64,000 nucleotides of DNA from Methylotenera sp. (GCA_013141495.1 JABFQV010000014.1:38724-102723), one strand, 5' to 3'; positions 46,028-57,982 are shown, counted from the first letter of the stretch. Numbers and translations: made by a program. Notes: generated from the sequence alone by a model not told the origin.

Positions 46028-48847
46028 ATGAAAACTTTGTTATTAGTTGACGGCTCATCGTACCTGTATCGCGCCTTTCACGCCATGCCTGACTTAAGAA
46101 ATAGTCAAAATGAACCAACGGGCGCGATACAAGGCGTACTCAATATGCTGCGTCGCTTACATAAAGATTACCCGTCGGATTATAGCGCGTGTGTTTTTGA
46201 TGCCAAAGGCAAAACTTTTCGTGACGATATTTATCCAGACTATAAAGCCAACCGCGCAAGCATGCCTGACGATTTGCGCCCGCAAATAGAACCTTTGCAT
46301 GAGGCGATTAAAGCCTTGGGCTGGCCGCTGATTATGGAAAATGGCGTTGAAGCTGACGACGTGATTGGTGCGCTCGCCAGACAGGCAGAACGCGAGGGGG
46401 TACGCGTGATTATTTCTACCGGTGATAAAGATATTGCACAGTTGGTAAACGAGCACATCACGGTCATTAACACCATGCGCGATGCTTTCAGAAAGGTCGA
46501 TGATGTGCTCGACATTGCTGGCGTTGAGAAGAAATTCGGCATACCGCCAAGTTTGATGGTGGATTACCTGGTTTTAATCGGAGACACTTCAGACAATGTG
46601 CCGGGAGTTGAAAAAGTAGGACCAAAAACTGCGGTGAAATGGCTCACCCAATATGGCTCGCTAGACAATATTGTCGCGCATGCTGATGAAATCAAAGGCG
46701 TTGTGGGCGAGAACTTACGCAAAGCTTTGCCATGGCTGCCAACCGCGCGTGAGCTGATTACAATTCGTTGCGATGTTGGGATTCAAGAGAATCTGGCCGA
46801 CCTCGCGCCACAAGCAATAGATAAAGCTAAGTTAGCGGAATTATTTGATCGCTTTGAGTTTAGAAGCTGGAGGCGTGAGCTGGAAAACATGCCAGACGGC
46901 ACGAAGCCGAGTGTTTCGAACAGCACATCACGCGCGGATTTATTTAACACGAACACCACGTTCTCTGAGCCCTTCGACCAAGCTTTGGAGAGCCCTGCCG
47001 AAGGGCACGCGTATCAGGCAAACACTAGCCGCAACTATGAAACCATCGTAACCAATCATCAATTAGATGCCTGGCTTGCCAAAATAAGTGTCGCTGACCT
47101 CGTTTGCTTTGATACCGAAACGACTTCATTAGACCCCATGCTGGCCAAAATCGTAGGCATGTCATTCTCGGTCGAGCCTGGTAGCGCCGCTTACTTGCCA
47201 CTAAAACACGATTATTTTGATGCGCCTGACCAGCTTGATTTTGCTCAATCACTCGCCAAAGTAAAACCGATTTTAGAAAATGAAAATATCAAAAAAGTTG
47301 GTCAAAACCTTAAGTACGATCAACACGTGCTAGCCAACCACGGCATCGCACTTAACGGTATTGCACACGATACCATGCTGCAATCTTATGTGTTTGAATC
47401 GCACAAAACGCATGGCATGGATGCCTTGGCAGAGCGCCATCTGGGTTTGCAAACCATCAGTTTTGAGCAAGTGGCAGGCAAAGGTGCCAAACAAGTGAGC
47501 TTCAACCAAGTCACAGTAGAAGTCGCCGCCGAATACGCCGCTGAAGATGCCGACATTACCCTGCAACTGCACCTTGCCATGTACCCGCAAATCGCATCAG
47601 ATAAAAAGCTGGACTACATCTACAGTCAAATTGAAATGCCCAGCGCCAACGTGTTGTTTACCATTGAGCGCAACGGCGTGTTGATTGATAGAAACATGCT
47701 CAATATGCAAAGTAATGAAATCGGCACCAAGTTAGTGGCGCTAGAAAACCAGGCGTACGAACTTGCCGGGCAGCCATTTAATTTAGCCTCTCCCAAACAA
47801 TTGCAAGAAATTCTATTCGACAAACTCGGCATCAAACCACTCAAAAAAACTCCCTCTGGCGCCCCTTCTACCGATGAAGATGTATTACAAGAATTAGCAC
47901 TAGACCACCCGCTACCTAAAGTTTTATTGGAGTATCGCGGGCTTGCCAAATTAAAATCCACCTACACCGACAAACTGCCGCGCATGATTAACCCTACTAC
48001 AGGGCGCGTGCACACTAGCTACAATCAGGCCGTAGCCATTACTGGGCGTTTGGCCAGCGCTGACCCAAATTTGCAAAACATCCCAGTGCGTTCAGCTGAA
48101 GGTCGCCGTATTCGTGAGGCTTTTATCGCGCCTGATGGCAGTCATATTATTTCTGCCGATTATTCTCAAATAGAGCTACGCATCATGGCGCATCTCTCAC
48201 AAGATGCAGGCATGTTGCAAGCCTTTGCCAATAATGAGGATATTCACCGCCACACCGCTGCCGAGATTTTTGGCGTGGAACGTGACGCGGTAGATAACGA
48301 GCAACGCCGTTACGCCAAAGTCATTAACTTTGGTTTGATTTACGGCATGAGCGCGTTTGGCTTGGCACAGAATCTAAACATTGAACGTAGCGCCGCCCAA
48401 AGTTATATTGAACGCTACTTTGCACGCTACCCCGGCGTGCGCGAATACATGCAAAACACGCGTGAAATCGCCAAGCAAAAAGGCTATGTTGAAACCTACT
48501 TCGGCCGTAGATTATGGGTGCCTGAAATCAACAGTGCTAACGGCATGAAGCGCGCTGGCGCAGAACGTGCCGCCATCAATGCGCCGATGCAAGGCACCGC
48601 TGCTGACTTGATTAAACTTGCGATGATTGCGGTAGATAAATGGTTGGCTACAGAAAAATTAAATGGTGAAAATTTAAAAACCAAACTCATAATGCAAGTA
48701 CACGATGAGTTGGTGTTAGAAGTGCCTGATAATGAGCTTGAATTGGTGAAACAGAAACTGCCAGAGTTAATGCAAAATGTGGCCAAGCTAGATGTGCCGC
48801 TATTGGCGGAGGTTGGCGTGGGTAGTAATTGGGAAAGTGCACATTAA
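46028..48847 (+). CDS. polA: DNA polymerase I
   Basis: Has a 5' nuclease N-terminus (LLLVDGSSYLYRAFHA), a 3'-5' exonuclease domain (FDTETTSLD) and polymerase motifs DYSQIELRIMAH and QVHDELVLEV. ATG at 46028 preferred over TTG at 46016. Confidence 0.96.
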   Translation: MKTLLLVDGSSYLYRAFHAMPDLRNSQNEPTGAIQGVLNMLRRLHKDYPSDYSACVFDAKGKTFRDDIYPDYKANRASMPDDLRPQIEPLHEAIKALGWPLIMENGVEADDVIGALARQAEREGVRVIISTGDKDIAQLVNEHITVINTMRDAFRKVDDVLDIAGVEKKFGIPPSLMVDYLVLIGDTSDNVPGVEKVGPKTAVKWLTQYGSLDNIVAHADEIKGVVGENLRKALPWLPTARELITIRCDVGIQENLADLAPQAIDKAKLAELFDRFEFRSWRRELENMPDGTKPSVSNSTSRADLFNTNTTFSEPFDQALESPAEGHAYQANTSRNYETIVTNHQLDAWLAKISVADLVCFDTETTSLDPMLAKIVGMSFSVEPGSAAYLPLKHDYFDAPDQLDFAQSLAKVKPILENENIKKVGQNLKYDQHVLANHGIALNGIAHDTMLQSYVFESHKTHGMDALAERHLGLQTISFEQVAGKGAKQVSFNQVTVEVAAEYAAEDADITLQLHLAMYPQIASDKKLDYIYSQIEMPSANVLFTIERNGVLIDRNMLNMQSNEIGTKLVALENQAYELAGQPFNLASPKQLQEILFDKLGIKPLKKTPSGAPSTDEDVLQELALDHPLPKVLLEYRGLAKLKSTYTDKLPRMINPTTGRVHTSYNQAVAITGRLASADPNLQNIPVRSAEGRRIREAFIAPDGSHIISADYSQIELRIMAHLSQDAGMLQAFANNEDIHRHTAAEIFGVERDAVDNEQRRYAKVINFGLIYGMSAFGLAQNLNIERSAAQSYIERYFARYPGVREYMQNTREIAKQKGYVETYFGRRLWVPEINSANGMKRAGAERAAINAPMQGTAADLIKLAMIAVDKWLATEKLNGENLKTKLIMQVHDELVLEVPDNELELVKQKLPELMQNVAKLDVPLLAEVGVGSNWESAH

Positions 48848-48860
48848 ATAAAGTCACAAA

Positions 48861-49946
48861 ATGGCAGATTTGAAGATCCCTTTTGGTTTATTAGGCGATA
48901 AATTAGTGTCGCCCTCAGAGGTTACTAACGGACTTAAATGTAATTGCGTTTGCCCAGGCTGTAAAAAACCATTAATTGCGAATCATCCTAAATCAGAAAA
49001 TCGTGTTAAATACTTTTCTCATTACGTGAAAAACAATTGTTCTAATGGATACGAGTCTGCACTGCATCTTGCGGCTAAACGCGTTCTTATCGAAGAAAAA
49101 AGAATTCTTGTCCCAGCTATTTGCGCCGTAGTAGATGTATATGACAAAAATACTCATATTCATGAAACTGCATCGGGTTCATTTGAAAGTAAAGTAATTA
49201 CTCTTAATGATGTGGAACAGGAAGTTAGAGATTACGATGGTGTAATACCTGATATTGTCGCTACGTCAAATTCAAAAACTATTTTTATTGAAATTGCAGT
49301 CACTCATTTTATAGATGATGAGAAATTAGCAAAATTAAAGAAATTACAAATACCCACTATCGAGATTTATTTAGAACCTACGAGTCAAGTTCCGACTCTA
49401 GAAGAAATTAGAGAGTTAGTTGTTAACACGCCTCATAATAGAGATTGGGTTGTTAACCCTAAATTAGATAAGTTAAAAGAAAGAGTAAAAATTGAAGCCG
49501 AGAAAAAGCTCGGAATAGCAGTAAATTATGAGATGGCCAAACAGCTCAAGTTTCAGCAAGCGCATGAAAAATATTTAAGGCTGAGTGATGAAGATAAGCT
49601 CATCTACGAATTAAAAAAATTGAATAAAAAACGTACTGAAATTGAATCAATCATTAGAGAAAATATTAAAGGTGGCAAGAGCTTTGGTGTATCTAACCAT
49701 GTTTGGCAGTTATCAATATACAGAAGATTTATTCATCGAAAACAAGGGAACTTGGTTGAGAAAGACGATGTTTTAGAATGGCTTAATAAAAGATTTGAGA
49801 TTAAACCAATTTTTAAAGACTCGCCTCAAATTGCAATATATTATTACCTAAGATTTCTTAATGACTTAAAAATGCTCGAATACAACAAATATACAGGTGG
49901 CTATTTTGTGGAATCGGATACTACAGGCAATGACTTCCCTTACTAA
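48861..49946 (+). CDS. CoiA-like zinc-finger / PD-(D/E)xK nuclease-fold protein with a long C-terminal extension
   Basis: 361 aa with CNCVCPGCKKPLIA...VKYFSHY....C...YESALHLAAK, then IPDIVATSNSKTIFIEIAVTHFIDDEKL. This pattern (CPxC ... FxH ... C ... ES..H ... D ... E-I-x) is as I recall it for competence protein CoiA. About 31% GC in my hand count of 49321-49420, with frequent AGA Arg codons. Confidence 0.55.
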   Translation: MADLKIPFGLLGDKLVSPSEVTNGLKCNCVCPGCKKPLIANHPKSENRVKYFSHYVKNNCSNGYESALHLAAKRVLIEEKRILVPAICAVVDVYDKNTHIHETASGSFESKVITLNDVEQEVRDYDGVIPDIVATSNSKTIFIEIAVTHFIDDEKLAKLKKLQIPTIEIYLEPTSQVPTLEEIRELVVNTPHNRDWVVNPKLDKLKERVKIEAEKKLGIAVNYEMAKQLKFQQAHEKYLRLSDEDKLIYELKKLNKKRTEIESIIRENIKGGKSFGVSNHVWQLSIYRRFIHRKQGNLVEKDDVLEWLNKRFEIKPIFKDSPQIAIYYYLRFLNDLKMLEYNKYTGGYFVESDTTGNDFPY

Positions 49947-50138
49947 TAAATCAAGTACTCTAGTTATGAAACCTTTCGGCATCTACATGATCGGATATGA
50001 AATAACTTCTAGCAAGTAACAGAGTGCGTATTTATGCAAGGTTATGATGTCAAAAGGGGTTCCCGTTTTCACGGGAATGACGGCTTAGGCGCGACTTTCT
50101 TGCTTTGTATATTTTTGCCTAATTGATGGTGCTTAATC

Positions 50139-50348
50139 CTAATCAAAGCTCACCGTTTGTAACTGCCGCTCATCTAAAGTGGTCAGCAAGTTTTTTTGAT
50201 CGTCTGGAGTCAAATCCCACCAAGCCTTAATCTCATCAATCGTGCGATAACATCCATGGCAATAACCTGTTGCATCGTCCATGCTACAAACGCCAATACA
50301 GGGGGATTGAATTTCCTGTTTTATATCTTCAGACATATTTCTCTTCAC
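50139..50348 (-). CDS. DUF1289 domain (Cys-rich, putative Fe-S) protein
   Basis: 69 aa with SPCIGVCSMDDATGYCHGCYRTIDEIKAWW. Confidence 0.8.
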   Translation of the reverse strand: MKRNMSEDIKQEIQSPCIGVCSMDDATGYCHGCYRTIDEIKAWWDLTPDDQKNLLTTLDERQLQTVSFD

Positions 50349-50444
50349 TCATCTGTTAAAAAAAGCCAAGGACATATTTGTGGAATGACTACTCACAACA
50401 TCACACTACAAACGCGCCCTTAGGCGTTTTAACTTAAAATATTT

Positions 50445-53171
50445 TTAGCTCAAAATGCCGTGGCATTGTTTATATTTTTTACCAGATCCACATGGGCATG
50501 GATCATTGCGACCTACCTTTACGCCTTCACGTATCACCGGCTGTCCGCCTGCGGGTAGCGCCTCATCCTCTACTGCCGCGTTCGCCAGAGCTTCGTCGTA
50601 ATCCGCATGCTGGTATTGCACGTTTTCTACTTCTACCGGTTTTTCAACCGCTTCAACATCAGCTTCCGTTTTAACTTGCACCAGCATGGTTACTTTGGTG
50701 ACTTCACTTTTTACAGTATTTAACAAGCCTTCAAACAGTTCGAAGGCTTCACGCTTATATTCTTGCTTAGGATTTTTTTGTGCGTAAGAACGCAAGTGAA
50801 TGCCTTGGCGTAAATGATCCAAAGCAGCCAAATGCTCACGCCAATGGTTATCGATGCTTTGCAACATTACTGAACGTTCAAATTGACGCAAAATCTCAGG
50901 GCTCGCTTGCTCTTCTTTTGCAGCATAGGCTTGATTTGCCGCATCCAATATACGTTCACGTAGGGTTTCTTCATGCAGATCCGGGTTATCTTCAAGCATT
51001 TTTTGCAATGGAATGTCCAAGCCCATCTCAGCTTTAAGCTCGCGCTCCAACGCCGGCACGTCCCATAGTTCCTCAACGCTATCTGGTGGAATATGGCTGG
51101 CAATCACGCTAATCAGCACGTCCTCGCGCATGGCGGTAATGGTTTCACCCACATCTGTGGCTTCTAATAACTCATTACGCTGCTCGTAAATTACTTTACG
51201 TTGATCATTAGCCACATCATCATATTCAAGTAATTGTTTACGAATATCAAAGTTGCGACCTTCTACTTTACGTTGCGCATTTTCAATCGCACGTGTCACC
51301 CATGGATGCTCAATCGCTTCACCATCGGGCATATTGAGTTTGCCCATAATGGCAGAAACACGGTCTGAGGCAAAAATACGCAACAGCTGATCTTCCAGTG
51401 AAAGGTAAAAACGGCTAGAACCCGCATCACCCTGACGACCTGAACGACCACGTAATTGATTATCCACTCGGCGTGACTCGTGACGCTCAGTGCCCACAAT
51501 ATGTAGGCCACCTGAGGCCAATACGGCATCATGGCGCAATTGCCATGCCGCTTTAATTTCAGCGATGCGTGCTTCTTTTTGTGTATCGTTAAGCGTTGCA
51601 TCCGCATGAATTTCAGCAATTTCAGGCTCTGGATTGCCGCCTAGCACAATATCCGTACCACGGCCCGCCATGTTCGTGGCAATGGTAATCACGCCTGGAC
51701 GACCCGCCTGCACAATAATATGTGCTTCACGCTCATGTTGTTTGGCATTCAATACCTGATGCTCTAATTTTGCTTCTGTTAGCAATTTAGAGATTAACTC
51801 TGAATTTTCTATTGAAGTTGTACCCACTAACACTGGTTGTCCACGACTTTGGCAGTCTTTAATATCTAAAATCACCGCTTCATATTTTTCACGCGCTGTT
51901 CTATAGACTTTATCCATCGCGTCTTTACGTTGCATTGGGCGATGCGTTGGAATTACAACTGTTTCCAAGTTGTAAATCTGATTAAACTCATAGGCTTCAG
52001 TATCTGCCGTCCCTGTCATGCCTGATAATTTTGCGTACATGCGGAAGTAGTTTTGAAAGGTAATGGATGCCAGCGTTTGGTTTTCTTTTTGAATCTCAAC
52101 GCCTTCTTTCGCTTCAACCGCTTGATGCAAGCCATCAGACCAGCGACGGCCTGACATCATGCGACCGGTAAATTCATCCACAATGATAATATCGCCATCG
52201 CGCACCACATAATGCTGATCTCTATGGTAAAGGTTACGTGCGCGTAGCGATGCATACAAATGATGCACCAAGGTGATGTTTGAGGCTTCATATAAACTTG
52301 AGCCTTCAATCAGCAATCCAGACTCAGCCAGAATCGCTTCGGCGTGTTCATGCCCAAGCTCTGACATCACTACATTTTGGGCTTTTTCATCCACCCAAAA
52401 ATCGCCTTCGCCTTCTTCTTCAGTTTGTGGGATCAGCTTGGCTGCAACATCGTTAATTTGCGAATAAAGCGCGATACTGTCATCAGCCTGGCCGGAAATA
52501 ATCAGTGGTGTACGCGCTTCATCAATTAAAATAGAATCCACTTCATCAATCAGCGCATAGCTCAGGCCGCGCTGCACACGCTCTTCACGCGTATAGACCA
52601 TGTTGTCACGCAGGTAATCAAAGCCGTATTCATTATTGGTGCCGTAAGTAATGTCAGCTGCATAAGCCAACTGCTTAGCATCATGTTGCATTTGCGATAG
52701 ATTGATACCAATCGACAACCCTAAAAAGTTATAGAGTTTGCCCATCCACTCAGCATCGCGTTTAGCAAGGTAGTCATTTACCGTAATCACGTGTACGCCT
52801 TTACCGGTAAGGGCGTTGAGGTAAGCCGGCAGCGTTGCCACCAAAGTTTTACCTTCACCGGTACGCATCTCGGCTATTTTGCCAGCATTGAGCACCATGC
52901 CACCGATCAACTGCACATCAAAATGACGCATACCTAACGCACGAAGGCTACCCTCACGCACCACGGCAAATGCTTCCGGCAAAAGCTTCTCTAACGTTTC
53001 TCCATTAGCGTAACGCTGTTTAAACTCAGCGGTTTTTGCACGTAAATCATCATCACTCAAAGCTTGCATCGCAGGCTCTAGCGCATTGATTTGTTGTACT
53101 TTTTGCGCATATTGTTTAACCAGCCTGTCGTTACGGCTACCGAATAATTTTTTGAACATCTTGGAGATCAT
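50445..53171 (-). CDS. secA: preprotein translocase ATPase SecA
   Basis: 908 aa with [29 protein letters not shown] and the C-terminal Zn motif [14 protein letters not shown]. Confidence 0.97.
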   Translation of the reverse strand: MISKMFKKLFGSRNDRLVKQYAQKVQQINALEPAMQALSDDDLRAKTAEFKQRYANGETLEKLLPEAFAVVREGSLRALGMRHFDVQLIGGMVLNAGKIAEMRTGEGKTLVATLPAYLNALTGKGVHVITVNDYLAKRDAEWMGKLYNFLGLSIGINLSQMQHDAKQLAYAADITYGTNNEYGFDYLRDNMVYTREERVQRGLSYALIDEVDSILIDEARTPLIISGQADDSIALYSQINDVAAKLIPQTEEEGEGDFWVDEKAQNVVMSELGHEHAEAILAESGLLIEGSSLYEASNITLVHHLYASLRARNLYHRDQHYVVRDGDIIIVDEFTGRMMSGRRWSDGLHQAVEAKEGVEIQKENQTLASITFQNYFRMYAKLSGMTGTADTEAYEFNQIYNLETVVIPTHRPMQRKDAMDKVYRTAREKYEAVILDIKDCQSRGQPVLVGTTSIENSELISKLLTEAKLEHQVLNAKQHEREAHIIVQAGRPGVITIATNMAGRGTDIVLGGNPEPEIAEIHADATLNDTQKEARIAEIKAAWQLRHDAVLASGGLHIVGTERHESRRVDNQLRGRSGRQGDAGSSRFYLSLEDQLLRIFASDRVSAIMGKLNMPDGEAIEHPWVTRAIENAQRKVEGRNFDIRKQLLEYDDVANDQRKVIYEQRNELLEATDVGETITAMREDVLISVIASHIPPDSVEELWDVPALERELKAEMGLDIPLQKMLEDNPDLHEETLRERILDAANQAYAAKEEQASPEILRQFERSVMLQSIDNHWREHLAALDHLRQGIHLRSYAQKNPKQEYKREAFELFEGLLNTVKSEVTKVTMLVQVKTEADVEAVEKPVEVENVQYQHADYDEALANAAVEDEALPAGGQPVIREGVKVGRNDPCPCGSGKKYKQCHGILS

Positions 53172-53352
53172 GAAGGAGTGACTTTCCGTTAGGGGGTATA
53201 AAGCTTTAATTATTTAAGTTGGTAAATTTGAAAGTGAGATTGTAAGCTTGAAATGGAGGCGCGGTAAAAATACATGTTAAGTTTATTGGGGCTGGCTTTT
53301 ACTTTTTCAATCGCTGGTTTTACTTTATTACTGGTTTTTTTAATCGTCAGTT

Positions 53353-54315
53353 TTAATTGCTAGCTTTTAGATATTTTCTAGGGTCTAACGGATTACCATT
53401 CAACCTGATTTCGTAGTGCAAATGTGGCCCAGTGGAGCGTCCAGTACTACCTACCTCTGCAATTTTCTGGCCTTTTTCAACACGCTGACCAGCCTTGACC
53501 ATCAGTTTTGAACCATGCGCATAACGTGTTTCTAATCCAAAGCCATGATCAATTTTGACGATTTTACCATAATCTGGCGTTTGCTCGGCTGATGAAACAA
53601 TTCCGCCTGCAGCTGCGTAAATCGGCGTACCAGTCGATGCGGTAAAATCCAGCCCCTCATGAAAAGCTTTATTGCCATTAAATGGGTCAATACGCCATCC
53701 GTAACTGGATGAATTAAAGGCGGCTTCGATAGGACTACTATTAGGCAAGGTGTTTTTTAGTACGCTTTTTTGCAAGAGCTTGGCTTCTACATCACTTAAA
53801 TGCTCAGTGTTAAATTCTATTTGCGCCATTAATTCAGCTATTTTCTTTTGCAATTCCATTTCTGACAAGGGTGCACTGCGGACTAATGGACCGCCGCGAC
53901 TGGCAGGCTGGGTGCCATTTAAAATAGGCGCTGACAGCGGCATCACTTTTGATTTATTCTCTACCGCCTGGTCGCGCACAGACCCCTTCTCGCCAGCCAG
54001 CTTTGCTAAACGCTCGCTTTGAGCATCTAACTGCATCATACGCGCCTGCATTTCACCCAACTGCAAGGCGTAGGCATCAAGATGCTTTTGTGGATTATTA
54101 AAAGAAAAATTCAGGTGTTTAGGAATCAATGACTTGACCCCCTTTTGTGATGTGGATTCCTGTGGCACAATCAGCATCAAGGTAAGTAATAGTGGTAATA
54201 ACACCATCACTGTCGCAATCATGCCCACTTGTAGCACTGAAAGCGTTTTTGCTTTAGCCATATTATTTGAGACTAAGATGATATTCATAAAACCCCTCAT
54301 CATTGCCAGCACCAC
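53353..54315 (-). CDS. M23 family metallopeptidase (membrane-anchored, coiled-coil)
   Basis: Contains FHEGLDF (HxxxD) and GPHLHYEI (HxH) with an N-terminal TM helix. The start is uncertain (GTG 54315, ATG 54303, 54300, 54288 or 54261). Confidence 0.85.
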   Translation of the reverse strand: MVLAMMRGFMNIILVSNNMAKAKTLSVLQVGMIATVMVLLPLLLTLMLIVPQESTSQKGVKSLIPKHLNFSFNNPQKHLDAYALQLGEMQARMMQLDAQSERLAKLAGEKGSVRDQAVENKSKVMPLSAPILNGTQPASRGGPLVRSAPLSEMELQKKIAELMAQIEFNTEHLSDVEAKLLQKSVLKNTLPNSSPIEAAFNSSSYGWRIDPFNGNKAFHEGLDFTASTGTPIYAAAGGIVSSAEQTPDYGKIVKIDHGFGLETRYAHGSKLMVKAGQRVEKGQKIAEVGSTGRSTGPHLHYEIRLNGNPLDPRKYLKASN

Positions 54316-54323
54316 TTACCGCC

Positions 54324-54740
54324 ATGCAACGATTTAATACACTACTTAGGCAACCTGAGCTAATCGCGCTCAATGCACGCAACCTGCAAACTCAAACCGC
54401 ACAAAAAATTTGGGAGACGATTGCGCCTGACAACTTGGCTAAACTCAGCCATGTTTCCAGCATTGAAAACAAGCGCTTTACCGTGTTTGCAAACAACAAT
54501 GCAGTCGCTGCAAAAATTAAACTTTTGATACCTAGCCTATTGATTAAGCTAGAAAAGCAAGAGTACGAAGTTACTGCAATTCGTGTAAAAGTGCAAGTTA
54601 AATCTAGCCCAAAACCTAAGTTAAAATCATTAAAAAAACTTAGCCCAATCGCGGCAACCCACCTGCAACAGCTAGGCCAATCACTATCTGGCACTGCATT
54701 GGGCGATGCGCTGATCAAGCTTGCCAAAAATGCGGATTAA
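54324..54740 (+). CDS. DUF721 (DciA-like) protein
   Basis: About 138 aa from MQRFNTLLRQPEL... with ...KIWETIAP..LAK.S.VSSIENKRFTVFANNNAVAAKIKLLIPSLL, the DUF721 pattern. It is divergent from the M23-secA unit, as is common in betaproteobacteria. Confidence 0.55.
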   Translation: MQRFNTLLRQPELIALNARNLQTQTAQKIWETIAPDNLAKLSHVSSIENKRFTVFANNNAVAAKIKLLIPSLLIKLEKQEYEVTAIRVKVQVKSSPKPKLKSLKKLSPIAATHLQQLGQSLSGTALGDALIKLAKNAD

Positions 54741-55028
54741 CCGCCTCCTGACGCTATTAGCAAACCCTGAAATTACGTCTAGGCTAAACCTGCCAAGATT
54801 ACCAGTTGTTAGGCTGATGCATTAGTGCAATAATGAGTTTGCTGTTACAAATCATTTACATCATTAAGCAAATTTCAAGTATCAGCACTTACCATTTGGG
54901 TTCAATTTCACACTAGTTTTATTTTCTGGTTTTATTTTAACGCAACTTTATTTATAGATACCCTTTATAAGCAACACAGCAAGTTTTTAACTAATCGTAT
55001 TTGATAAAAATTTAGATAGGGAGAAATT

Positions 55029-57062
55029 ATGTCAGTTGAATTGATGATTGCCATCGGCGCCGCAACTCTGGCGGTGCTATATGGCGCAGTAATGAGTAAA
55101 TGGATTTCAGGTTTGCCCGCAGGTAATGCACGTATGCAAGAAATTGCCCACGCTATTCAACAAGGGGCGGCCGCTTATTTAGCCCGCCAATATAAAACCA
55201 TCACTATCGTGGGCGTTGTTTTAGCGATTCTGATTGGTATTTTTCTCAATATTACGACTGCTATTGGTTTTGTTGTCGGCGCAGTGCTATCTGGGGCTTG
55301 CGGCTTTATTGGTATGAATGTTTCAGTCAAGGCTAATGTACGCACAGCTCAAGCCGCAACTAGAGGTATAGGACCAGCACTTGATGTTGCTTTTAAAGGT
55401 GGCGCTATTACAGGCATGCTCGTTGTAGGCTTAGGTTTATTAGGGGTTGCCGGCTTTTACTGGTTTTTAGGCGGAGAAGCAGCCACCAACTTAGACCCAC
55501 TGATTGGTTTGGCTTTCGGCTCATCTCTTATTTCTATCTTTGCACGTTTGGGCGGCGGTATTTTCACTAAAGGCGCAGATGTAGGTGCTGACCTAGTGGG
55601 TAAAGTTGAAGCTGGGATTCCTGAAGATGACCCACGTAACCCGGCCGTAATCGCAGATAACGTGGGCGACAACGTGGGTGACTGTGCAGGGATGGCCGCT
55701 GACTTATTTGAAACTTATGCCGTGACCTTAATTGCCACCATGGTGTTGGGTAGCCTGCTTATCACGACAGCCGGTGCAAATGGGGTGATTTATCCGTTAA
55801 TGTTAGGGGCGGTATCTATCGTAGCCTCAATTATTGGCTGCTTCTTTGTTAAAGCCTCACCTGGCATGAAAAACGTGATGCCTGCTTTGTATAAAGGGCT
55901 GGCAGTCGCGGGGACTTTATCACTCGCAGCATTTTATTTTGTGACTATCAAAATGTTCCCACAAGGTTTAATGGCTGGTGATTTAGCCATTTCAGCCAAT
56001 CAACTATTTGGTGCATGTGCCGTTGGTTTGGTACTCACGGCAGCACTGGTGTGGATTACGGAATACTACACAGGTACCGATTACGCGCCGGTGAAACATA
56101 TTGCACAAGCTTCAACTACAGGTCATGCGACCAACATCATTGCCGGTATCGGTATCTCGATGAAATCGACCGCTTGGCCCGTACTTTCAGTGTGCCTAGC
56201 AATTTGGATGGCGTTTCATTTAGGTGGCTTGTATGGTATTGCAATCGCGGCAACTTCCATGCTCAGCATGGCGGGTATTGTGGTGGCTTTAGATGCTTAT
56301 GGCCCCATTACCGACAATGCCGGCGGTATTGCAGAGATGGCAGAATTGCCTAGTAGCGTACGCGATGTCACTGACCCGCTTGATGCCGTTGGCAACACCA
56401 CCAAAGCAGTTACAAAAGGTTATGCCATTGGCTCTGCAGGTCTAGCCGCATTGGTATTATTTGCCGATTACACTCACAAACTTGAAGGCGCAGGTATCTC
56501 GGTTAAGTTTGATTTAAGTGACCCCATGGTGATTATCGGCCTATTTATTGGCGGTTTGATTCCGTTCCTGTTCGCGGCCATGGCAATGGAGGCAGTAGGG
56601 CGTGCCGCTGGTGCGGTGGTTGAAGAAGTGCGCCGTCAGTTCCGCGAAATTAAAGGTATTATGGATGGTACTGGCAAACCAGAATACGGCAAAGCTGTAG
56701 ATTTACTCACCACTGCCGCAATTAAAGAAATGATGATTCCATCACTGTTACCCGTGGCAGTGCCTGTAGCTGTCGGCTTAATACTTGGTCCTGTTGCATT
56801 AGGCGGCATGTTGATGGGTACCATTGTAACGGGTCTGTTTGTTGCAATTTCGATGTGTACTGGCGGTGGCGCTTGGGATAACGCTAAGAAGTATATTGAA
56901 GACGGTAATCACGGCGGCAAAGGTTCAGATGCTCACAAAGCAGCTGTGACTGGCGACACGGTGGGCGACCCCTATAAAGATACAGCTGGTCCTGCTGTTA
57001 ACCCATTGATTAAAATTATCAACATCGTCGCCTTACTGATTGTGCCGCTTTTGCATATGTAA
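55029..57062 (+). CDS. hppA: membrane H+-translocating pyrophosphatase (K+-independent type)
   Basis: 677 aa, about 16 TM helices, with [33 protein letters not shown] and GNTTKAV (Lys rather than Ala after GNTT is the marker of K+-independent enzymes). Confidence 0.93.
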   Translation: MSVELMIAIGAATLAVLYGAVMSKWISGLPAGNARMQEIAHAIQQGAAAYLARQYKTITIVGVVLAILIGIFLNITTAIGFVVGAVLSGACGFIGMNVSVKANVRTAQAATRGIGPALDVAFKGGAITGMLVVGLGLLGVAGFYWFLGGEAATNLDPLIGLAFGSSLISIFARLGGGIFTKGADVGADLVGKVEAGIPEDDPRNPAVIADNVGDNVGDCAGMAADLFETYAVTLIATMVLGSLLITTAGANGVIYPLMLGAVSIVASIIGCFFVKASPGMKNVMPALYKGLAVAGTLSLAAFYFVTIKMFPQGLMAGDLAISANQLFGACAVGLVLTAALVWITEYYTGTDYAPVKHIAQASTTGHATNIIAGIGISMKSTAWPVLSVCLAIWMAFHLGGLYGIAIAATSMLSMAGIVVALDAYGPITDNAGGIAEMAELPSSVRDVTDPLDAVGNTTKAVTKGYAIGSAGLAALVLFADYTHKLEGAGISVKFDLSDPMVIIGLFIGGLIPFLFAAMAMEAVGRAAGAVVEEVRRQFREIKGIMDGTGKPEYGKAVDLLTTAAIKEMMIPSLLPVAVPVAVGLILGPVALGGMLMGTIVTGLFVAISMCTGGGAWDNAKKYIEDGNHGGKGSDAHKAAVTGDTVGDPYKDTAGPAVNPLIKIINIVALLIVPLLHM

Positions 57063-57091
57063 GTTCTACTGGTCATCAATTTTCCAGCAAT

Positions 57092-57121
57092 AAAAAGGCG
57101 GCCTGCAAGGTCGCCTTTTTT
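57092..57121 (+). terminator. rho-independent terminator after hppA
   Basis: AAAAAGGCGGCC-tgcaa-GGTCGCCTTTTTT. Confidence 0.75.
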
Positions 57122-57226
57122 CATCTTCAAACACAATACTCATATTTAAAAAATAAGCTTAATGCATTGACTAAAAAAGTGCTAAGGTTAAAAATTAAAC
57201 ATTAACATCTATAACTTGAGGCAAGT

Positions 57227-57922
57227 ATGTTGAAACATTCTGAATTTCACCGCTCACATCGCATTGGCTGGTTGCGCGCTGCAGTTTTGGGTGCCAATGA
57301 CGGCATTGTTTCTACGGCAAGTCTGGTGATTGGTGTTGCCGCAGCGGGCGCCTCGCACGACGCAATTTTAATTACAGGCATTGCCGGGTTGGTCTCCGGT
57401 GCCATGTCGATGGCGGCAGGTGAATATGTTTCCGTCAGCTCGCAAGCGGATACCGAAGCTGCGGATTTAGCACGCGAACGTTTAGAGCTTGCCAGCGACC
57501 ACGACAGTGAACTAAAAGAACTCACGGGTATTTACGTTAGTCGTGGTTTAACGCCGGATTTAGCGCAACTGGTAGCAGTACAACTCACAAAACACGATGC
57601 ACTGGGTGCACATGCAAGAGACGAGCTAGGTATTATTGAAACCATGAACGCGCGCCCGGTCCAAGCCGCACTTGCCTCTGCGGCTACATTTGCCGTTGGC
57701 GCCGCGTTACCGCTATTAGTCACGTTCTTTGCCTCTGAATCCAACACCGTGACTTATGTTGCGGGCATGTCACTCACCTTTTTGGCGTCACTCGGCGCTT
57801 TAGCCGCAAAAGCCGGTGGCGCCAATGTTTGGATTGGCACGGCACGTGTGGCTTTTTGGGGCGCACTTGCCATGCTGGCCACGGCAGGCGTTGGCAGCTT
57901 ATTTGGTGTAGTTGCGACCTAG
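57227..57922 (+). CDS. VIT1/CCC1 family Fe/Mn transporter
   Basis: 231 aa with WLRAAVLGANDGIVSTASLVIGVAAA and GAMSMAAGEYVSVSSQ. Confidence 0.85.
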   Translation: MLKHSEFHRSHRIGWLRAAVLGANDGIVSTASLVIGVAAAGASHDAILITGIAGLVSGAMSMAAGEYVSVSSQADTEAADLARERLELASDHDSELKELTGIYVSRGLTPDLAQLVAVQLTKHDALGAHARDELGIIETMNARPVQAALASAATFAVGAALPLLVTFFASESNTVTYVAGMSLTFLASLGALAAKAGGANVWIGTARVAFWGALAMLATAGVGSLFGVVAT

Positions 57923-57982
57923 CTACTCTCATTAATGCAATTCAAAAAGTGTCAATTTATTTCAGGATGGGTCAACCCCAAT

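Noticed and set aside
53172-53352. Repeated AAAACCAG-type motifs between the M23 peptidase gene and secA; considered a secM-like regulatory leader peptide
   Set aside because: No ORF with an RBS is visible and there is no arrest-peptide-like sequence. The repeats are short and AT-rich, so the evidence is insufficient.
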